From: Acidimicrobiales bacterium
GTDB lineage: Bacteria; Actinomycetota; Acidimicrobiia; Acidimicrobiales; AC-14
Reading direction: 5' to 3'
Assembly: GCA_036269435.1 (NCBI GenBank)
Contig: DATASA010000110.1
Span: 5,441 to 69,440, forward strand
Length of the DNA: 64,000 nt
Shown here piece by piece: positions 58,776 through 64,000 of this stretch (the stretch's first letter is position 1; each line of letters opens with the position of its first letter). Both the position numbers and the translations under genes were made by a program. The notes beneath the pieces are model-generated. The model was not told where the DNA came from. It searched no databases and worked only from the letters and a program-made list of their open reading frames with translations.

Positions 58776-60404
58776 GTGCCTTCCGCCGCCGGCGCCACCC
58801 TGGTCGCCACCGACGTCACCCGGTCGCACGGGGCCTTCGTCGTCCTCGACGGCGTGAGCGTCGTCGTCGGCCCGCGCGCCCGGACCGGTGTCGTCGGCCC
58901 GAACGGCGTGGGCAAGACGACGCTGCTGCGCATCCTCGCCGGCCTCGAGCCGCCCGACTCCGGGCGGGTGAGCCTGGCCCCGCCGGCGGCGACCGTCGGC
59001 TACCTGCCCCAGGAGACGGCGGGCGAGCCGGGAGAGACCCTCGCCGCCTACCTCGCGCGCCGTACCGGGGTGGCCCCGGCCGAGGCCGAGATGGAGGACG
59101 CGGCCGGCCTGCTCGGGCGGGGAGCGCCGGGGGCGGAGGATCGGTACTCGGTCGCCCTGGAGCGCTACCTGAGCCTCGGCGGGCCGGATCTCGAGGTCCG
59201 CGCCGCCGAGGTGTGCGAGGACCTCGGCCTGCCCGCCGACCGGCTCGGCGTGGGCCTGGCCCATCTCTCCGGCGGGCAGGCGGCCCGGGCCTCGCTGGCG
59301 GCCATCCTGCTGTCGCGGTTCGACGTGCTCCTGCTCGACGAGCCCACCAACGACCTCGACTTCGTCGGGCTGGCCCAACTGGAGCGGTTCGTGGCCGGCC
59401 TGGAGGGGGCGCTCGTCGTGGTGTCGCACGACCGGGCCTTCCTGGAGCACACCGTCGACCGGGTGCTGGAGATCGACGAGCACTCCCGGCGCTCGGTCGA
59501 GTTCGGCGGGGGCTGGCTCGGCTACCTGGAGGCCAAGGCGACGGCGCGCCGCCACGCCGAGGAGGCGTACGACCAGTACCGCGGCCGGCGGGCGGATCTG
59601 GTCGCCCGGGCCCGGACCCAGCGCGACTGGGCGGTGACCGGCGTGCGGGGCGAGAAGAAGAACGCGTCCGACCACGACAAGGCGCAGAAGGGCTTCCGGG
59701 TCAACCGGACCGAGAAGCAGGCCTCGAAGGTCCGCATCACGGAGAAGGCGCTCGAGCGGCTGGAGGTGGCGGAGAAGCCGTGGGAGGGATGGGATCTCCA
59801 CCTGGAGCTGACCCCGTCGAGCCGCAGCGGGGACCTGGTGGCCCGCCTCGACCGGGCCGTCGTCGAGCTGGGGACGTTCCGGCTGGGGCCGGTCAGCCTG
59901 GAGGTGACGTGGGCCGAACGGGTGGCCATCGTCGGGCCGAACGGCTCGGGCAAGACCACGCTGCTACGCGCCCTCCTCGGTGAGGTGCCGCTGGCGTCGG
60001 GCTCCCGGGCGCTGGGGCCGGGGGTGGTCGTCGGCGAGCTGGACCAGGGCCGTCGCACCTTTCTGTCCGACCGGCCGCTCGTCGCCGCCTTCGAGGAGGC
60101 GTCGGGGCTGCTGGCCCAGCCCAGCCGGTCGCTGCTGGCCAAGTTCGGGCTGGGCGCCGAGCACGTCGCCCGCCCGGCGGCCAGCCTGTCGCCCGGCGAA
60201 CGGACCCGCGCGACCCTGGCCCTGCTCATGGCCGTCGGCGCCAACTGCCTGGTCCTGGACGAGCCGACGAACCACCTCGACCTTCCCGCCATCGAGCAGC
60301 TCGAGCAGGCGCTCGACGACTACGAGGGCACGCTCCTGCTCGTCACCCACGACCGGCGCCTGCTCGACTCGCTGCGCATCACCCGCACCGTCGACCTGGG
60401 CTGA
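58776..60404 (+). CDS. ABC-F family ATPase (two nucleotide-binding domains, no TM domain)
   Basis: In-frame GTG 58776. GPNGVGKTT / LSGGQAARASL / LLLDEPTNDLD and GPNGSGKTT / LSPGERTRATL / LVLDEPTNHLD, with a charged linker between them. Confidence 0.9.
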   Translation: MPSAAGATLVATDVTRSHGAFVVLDGVSVVVGPRARTGVVGPNGVGKTTLLRILAGLEPPDSGRVSLAPPAATVGYLPQETAGEPGETLAAYLARRTGVAPAEAEMEDAAGLLGRGAPGAEDRYSVALERYLSLGGPDLEVRAAEVCEDLGLPADRLGVGLAHLSGGQAARASLAAILLSRFDVLLLDEPTNDLDFVGLAQLERFVAGLEGALVVVSHDRAFLEHTVDRVLEIDEHSRRSVEFGGGWLGYLEAKATARRHAEEAYDQYRGRRADLVARARTQRDWAVTGVRGEKKNASDHDKAQKGFRVNRTEKQASKVRITEKALERLEVAEKPWEGWDLHLELTPSSRSGDLVARLDRAVVELGTFRLGPVSLEVTWAERVAIVGPNGSGKTTLLRALLGEVPLASGSRALGPGVVVGELDQGRRTFLSDRPLVAAFEEASGLLAQPSRSLLAKFGLGAEHVARPAASLSPGERTRATLALLMAVGANCLVLDEPTNHLDLPAIEQLEQALDDYEGTLLLVTHDRRLLDSLRITRTVDLG

Positions 60405-60419
60405 GCCGCCGGCCCGACC

Positions 60420-60938
60420 CTACGGCCCGCCCGACGGGTGCGACGGGTGGCGGTCCAGCCACGCCTGCACGACCCGGCCCTCGACCGTGGCGTGGTCACG
60501 CAGGCCCGAGACGATGGCCCGTTCGACTTTCGAGGCCACCAGGGGCGCCCGGACCCGGAGGTCGCCGTCGACCTCCCGACGGCACCCCGCACCGTCGAGC
60601 GGCGCCAGGGTCACCGTCGCGGAGCAGGTGAGGCGGTCGGCGTAGTGGTCGGGCCGGATCGAGAGAGCGGTGCGATGGGTGCGCCGATCGAGCATGGAGT
60701 GCTCGACCCAGGTGAGGCGGGCCGGGTCGATCACCGCGGTGACCGCCTTCGAGAGCTCGCCGACGAACGCGTACCTGACGTCCATGGTGACGGTGTCGCC
60801 GTCGTCGCTGCGCGACAGGATCTCCGGGCGGCCGAGCTCGGGCAGCTCGGCCAGCTCGCCCAGTACGGCCGGGTCGACGAAGGCCGCCTCCACCGCATCC
60901 AGCGGAGCCGAGAACCGCTGCTCCAGGCGGAAGCGCAC
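60420..60938 (-). CDS. SRPBCC-fold / DUF2505-like protein
   Basis: 172-aa ORF, MRFRLEQRFSAPLDAVEAAFVDPAVL...; family assigned from general resemblance only. Confidence 0.55.
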   Translation of the reverse strand: MRFRLEQRFSAPLDAVEAAFVDPAVLGELAELPELGRPEILSRSDDGDTVTMDVRYAFVGELSKAVTAVIDPARLTWVEHSMLDRRTHRTALSIRPDHYADRLTCSATVTLAPLDGAGCRREVDGDLRVRAPLVASKVERAIVSGLRDHATVEGRVVQAWLDRHPSHPSGGP

Positions 60939-60965
60939 GGCGGAAGTCTGGCCGAGGCCGCGGGG

Positions 60966-62072
60966 TCAGGCCGCCAGGTACCGGCGGGCGCCCCAGAACT
61001 GCGGGGCGAGCGACGGGGTGTCGACCGGGACGGTCTCGACCGTCTTGCCCGTGGCCGGCGACTGGATCATCATCCCGTTCCCGACGTAGATCGACACGTG
61101 GTGGATGGCGCCTTTGCCGCCGTCGTAGGCGTAGAAGAGCAGGTCGCCCGGCTGCAGGTGGGCGCGGTCCACGGGCGTGCCCTTCAGGGCCTGGTCGTCG
61201 GCGTCACGGGGCAGGACGATGCCGTGGGCGCCGTACACCGCCGCGGTGAAGCCCGAGCAGTCGAAGCCGGCGGCGGACGTCCCGGCCCAGAGGTAGGGCA
61301 GGCCGGAGAAGAGCTGGGCGCTGCGGACGATGTCGCCGCCGGTGGTCGGTCGTGGCCCGGGCGCCTGGACGTCCACGTCGGCCGCGGCCACGACGGCGCT
61401 GCCGCCGGCGGTGGGGGTGGCCACCGTCACCAAGGTGGCGTCGGCGGCCAGCACCGGCAGCCGGGTGTCGTAGCTCAGCTCCAGCAGCTCGTGCGCGGGC
61501 GCCGCCCGTTCACGCAGGGACGCCGTCGGCCGGATGACCACCGCCGACCGGCCGGTGTCGGCGGCGCTGACCCCCGTCAGTTGGGCGACCGGCAGCCATC
61601 CCGGGTAGCCGGCGGCGTCCTGGGAGGACGGCTGGTCGGGCACGACCACGCTGGCCCAATCGCCCCGGACGTCGCGCACGGTCACCCGCTCGCCGTAGAG
61701 GACCTGGGTGGCCAGCTTGTCGACCAGCCACAGCTTCTCGTCGTTGGTCATGGTCGACGTCCACCGCCGGACGTCGACCGGGTTCGTGAGCGACGGCGCA
61801 TCGACCGGCCGGGCCTGGTCCGGGGCGTTCCACACGGTGGCCACGGCGACGGCGACGAGGGCGTCGTGCCCCGGCGAGACGGCGGGCGGGGCGGCGGGTG
61901 GTGCGGGCGTCGGCGTCCCCGCAGCCGCTGAGGCGGCCGCCGACGGCAACGGCCTGGCCCGGTCGACGTGCGCCGGAGCCGTGCCGGCGAGAAACGCCCG
62001 GCCGCCGGCGACGACGGCGACGCCGGCCGCCGCGGCGGCGACCAGGAGCCGGACCCGGCGCCCCTGCACCAT
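60966..62072 (-). CDS. NlpC/P60 (C40) peptidoglycan endopeptidase with N-terminal SH3-like region
   Basis: ATG 62072 (MVQGRRVRLLVAAAAAGVAVV). C-terminal GFDCSGFTAAVY...GDLLFY...HHVSIYVGNGMMIQSP. Confidence 0.88.
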   Translation of the reverse strand: MVQGRRVRLLVAAAAAGVAVVAGGRAFLAGTAPAHVDRARPLPSAAASAAAGTPTPAPPAAPPAVSPGHDALVAVAVATVWNAPDQARPVDAPSLTNPVDVRRWTSTMTNDEKLWLVDKLATQVLYGERVTVRDVRGDWASVVVPDQPSSQDAAGYPGWLPVAQLTGVSAADTGRSAVVIRPTASLRERAAPAHELLELSYDTRLPVLAADATLVTVATPTAGGSAVVAAADVDVQAPGPRPTTGGDIVRSAQLFSGLPYLWAGTSAAGFDCSGFTAAVYGAHGIVLPRDADDQALKGTPVDRAHLQPGDLLFYAYDGGKGAIHHVSIYVGNGMMIQSPATGKTVETVPVDTPSLAPQFWGARRYLAA

Positions 62073-62118
62073 CGACGCGACTGTAGCGACCGGGGATCGG
62101 CAGCTACCGTCGCAGGGC

Positions 62119-63150
62119 GTGGGTCGCCCGCCGAATCGCCGGCGCATGGCCGCGCTGGCCGTCGCCCTGGCCTGCACGACGACGGGCGCGGCGTGCGGTG
62201 CCGGCCATTCCTCGCCGAAGGCCGCCGTCGGCCGGGCCGGCCGCCCCGCACCGACCGAGCCGGGCACGGCCGACTCGTCCGTCACCGCCCCGCCGGTGAC
62301 GGCGCAGACGCCCCCGACGCCTCCGACGGCGACCGGCGGCCCGGCGGCGGCGGTGGTCAGCCCGTCGGGGATCGTGTTACCGGTGGTGTCCGCCATGGCC
62401 GACGGCTGGGTCGTGCGCACCCCCTGCAACGCCACGGCGACGCTGCGCCGCGGGACGCCGGTCGGCGCACCGGTCGTCATTCTCGACCCCGGCCACGGCG
62501 GGGCCGAGACGGGGGCGGTCTCCCCCGGCGGGCTGTCCGAGTCCGTGGTCAACCTGGCCGTGGCGCGCCAGGCCCAGGCCGCCCTCGAGGCCGACGGTGT
62601 GCCCACCGTGCTGACCCGCACCGGCGACTACGAGCTCAGCCTGCCGACCCGGTCGGAGATCGCCCGTGACCTCAACCCCCGGGCCTTCGTGTCCATCCAC
62701 CACAACGCCGATCCCGACGGGCCCCGGGCGGGCCCGGGGTCGGAGACCTACTACCAGATCGGTTCGCCCGACTCGAAGCGCCTGGCCGGCCTCATCTACG
62801 AGGAAGTGGTCAAGGCGCTGTCGCAGTACAAGGTGGCCTGGGTGGCCGACCGTGACGCAGGCGCCAAGTACCGGCGCGGGACGTCCGGCGGGGACTACTA
62901 CGCCGTGCTGCGCCAGCCGGGGAAAGTGGTGAGCGCCCTGGCCGAGCTGGCCTTCATCTCCGATCCGCCCGAGGCCGACCTGCTGGCCCGGGCCGACGTC
63001 CAACGGGTCGAGGGCCAGGCCGTCGCCCGGGGCATCGTCCGGTACCTGAGCACCGCCGATCCGGGATCCGGCTTCACCGAGCCCTATCCCCGGGTCGACC
63101 CGCCGGTCGTCCCCGGCCCGCCCCGCGTCTGTCGCGATCCGGCGCTCTGA
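62119..63150 (+). CDS. N-acetylmuramoyl-L-alanine amidase (Amidase_3)
   Basis: GTG 62119 or ATG 62146; signal/lipobox region RRRMAALAVALACTTTGAAC. VVILDPGHGGAETGAV, SIHHNA, ELAFISDP. Confidence 0.88.
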   Translation: MGRPPNRRRMAALAVALACTTTGAACGAGHSSPKAAVGRAGRPAPTEPGTADSSVTAPPVTAQTPPTPPTATGGPAAAVVSPSGIVLPVVSAMADGWVVRTPCNATATLRRGTPVGAPVVILDPGHGGAETGAVSPGGLSESVVNLAVARQAQAALEADGVPTVLTRTGDYELSLPTRSEIARDLNPRAFVSIHHNADPDGPRAGPGSETYYQIGSPDSKRLAGLIYEEVVKALSQYKVAWVADRDAGAKYRRGTSGGDYYAVLRQPGKVVSALAELAFISDPPEADLLARADVQRVEGQAVARGIVRYLSTADPGSGFTEPYPRVDPPVVPGPPRVCRDPAL

Positions 63151-63185
63151 GGGGCGGCGCAGCACCTGCCGATAGGGTGGCCGCC

Positions 63186-63566
63186 ATGACCGACTCCGCA
63201 AAGCCGCAGGTGGAGGTACCGTCCGGCGAGGCGCCGCCCACCGAGCTCGTCACCGAGGATCTCGTCGAGGGCACCGGCCCGGAGGCGACGTCGGGCAAGG
63301 ACGTCGAAGTCCACTACGTGGGCGTGGCGTGGAGCACGAACCGCCAGTTCGACGCGTCGTGGGACCGCAGGTCGACGTTCAAGTTCCCGCTCGGTGGCGG
63401 GCGGGTCATCGCCGGCTGGGACCAGGGCGTGGCCGGGATGAAGGTCGGCGGGCGCCGGCGCATCACCATCCCGCCCCACCTCGGCTACGGCGACGCCGGC
63501 GCCGGCGGGGCCATCAAGGGCGGCGAGACCCTGGTCTTCGTCGTCGACCTGCTCGGCGTGCGCTGA
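63186..63566 (+). CDS. FKBP-type peptidyl-prolyl cis-trans isomerase
   Basis: ATG 63186 (track start GTG 63177). VEVHYVGVAWSTNRQFDASW, FPLGGGRVIAGWDQGVAGMKVGGRR, GETLVFVVDLLGV. Confidence 0.9.
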   Translation: MTDSAKPQVEVPSGEAPPTELVTEDLVEGTGPEATSGKDVEVHYVGVAWSTNRQFDASWDRRSTFKFPLGGGRVIAGWDQGVAGMKVGGRRRITIPPHLGYGDAGAGGAIKGGETLVFVVDLLGVR

Positions 63567-63575
63567 GCGGGTCCC

Positions 63576-64000
63576 TCAGCCGCAGCGGCTGAAATCCACG
63601 GTGGACGACGACGCGTCGACAGTGGCGCCCCGGTGGTCGGCCGCCCACTTCTGTACCGCCGACGCCAGCTCCGTCCGGTCGTTGTCCGTGTCGAGGGCGA
63701 CGCTCACCCGCACGCAGGTGCGACGGCCGGAGCGCCAGGCGACGTAGTGGTCGCCGGCCCAGCCGGCGGCGGCCCGCTCGGATTCGGCCTTCGGCACCGT
63801 CTCCTCCAGCACCAGCCCGAGCAGGTACTCGCCGATCACCCCGTCGTCGGCCACCCGGCCACCCGCGACAGGGGCGCGTACCTCCGCCCGCCCGCGCCCG
63901 GACAGGTAGCGGTCCGGGTGCAGGATCTCCGCCGACGTCGTAGGCGGGGCGCGGAAGGCGTCGTCGACGCGAGCCTGGCCGCCGGCGGCCACGAGGGCGG
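63576..64000 (-). CDS. Hypothetical protein, 5' end probably beyond window edge
   Basis: The frame stays open to position 64000. C-terminal AAGWAGDHYVAWRSGRRTCVRVSV...; no recognised domain. Confidence 0.45.
   Translation of the reverse strand, partial: ALVAAGGQARVDDAFRAPPTTSAEILHPDRYLSGRGRAEVRAPVAGGRVADDGVIGEYLLGLVLEETVPKAESERAAAGWAGDHYVAWRSGRRTCVRVSVALDTDNDRTELASAVQKWAADHRGATVDASSSTVDFSRCG

Overview
This is a 64-kb, very GC-rich segment of actinobacterial-type chromosome; by eye, third codon positions are almost always G/C. All calls come from reading the supplied ORF track and the sequence by hand, with no searches run. I can support 56 protein-coding genes. I saw no rRNA, tRNA, CRISPR array, transposase or integrase. 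Many long Arg/Pro/Gly-rich ORFs in the track are antisense or out-of-frame shadows and were discarded. Start codons were often set at 4-nt GTGA/ATGA start/stop overlaps, which are pervasive here (at least 12 cases), so starts are less certain than stops. Layout: (1) 1-4862, a dpp/opp-type peptide ABC transporter operon on the minus strand. (2) 5003-9460, a secreted triple-repeat protein, a rhodanese-ThiF enzyme, a conserved hypothetical and folP. (3) 9484-46541, about 37 kb almost entirely devoted to cell-envelope glycan assembly. It holds four GT4 domains and four GT2 domains, including a GT2-GT4 fusion and a GT2 fused to a large polytopic domain. It also holds a polyprenyl-phosphate-sugar synthase, two YfhO-like proteins and one PMT/ArnT-like membrane protein, Wzm/Wzt, a flippase-like protein and an acyltransferase-3. 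Tailoring genes include five class I SAM-methyltransferase domains, two radical SAM enzymes (one SPASM/twitch-type, one B12-binding class B), a secreted ricin-type lectin and an orphan PstS-like lipoprotein. (4) 46557-51284, a co-directional AAA+ ATPase, phospholipase C-type phosphoesterase, fatty-acid-hydroxylase-family protein and TetR regulator. (5) 51410-64000, housekeeping and miscellaneous genes: PfpI, metzincin lipoprotein, Ku, PAP2, DUF427, ppc, ABC-F, NlpC/P60, amidase and FKBP. The most interesting candidates for something undescribed are three. First, the methylation- and radical-SAM-rich tailoring module at 17954-24675. Second, the tightly coupled Wzm/Wzt operon with a helical methyltransferase and an extended Wzt at 33284-39471. 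Third, the lower-GC B12-radical-SAM gene heading the GT2-polytopic/DUF5719-like/thioredoxin-like operon at 39666-46541. None of these functions can be proven from sequence alone.
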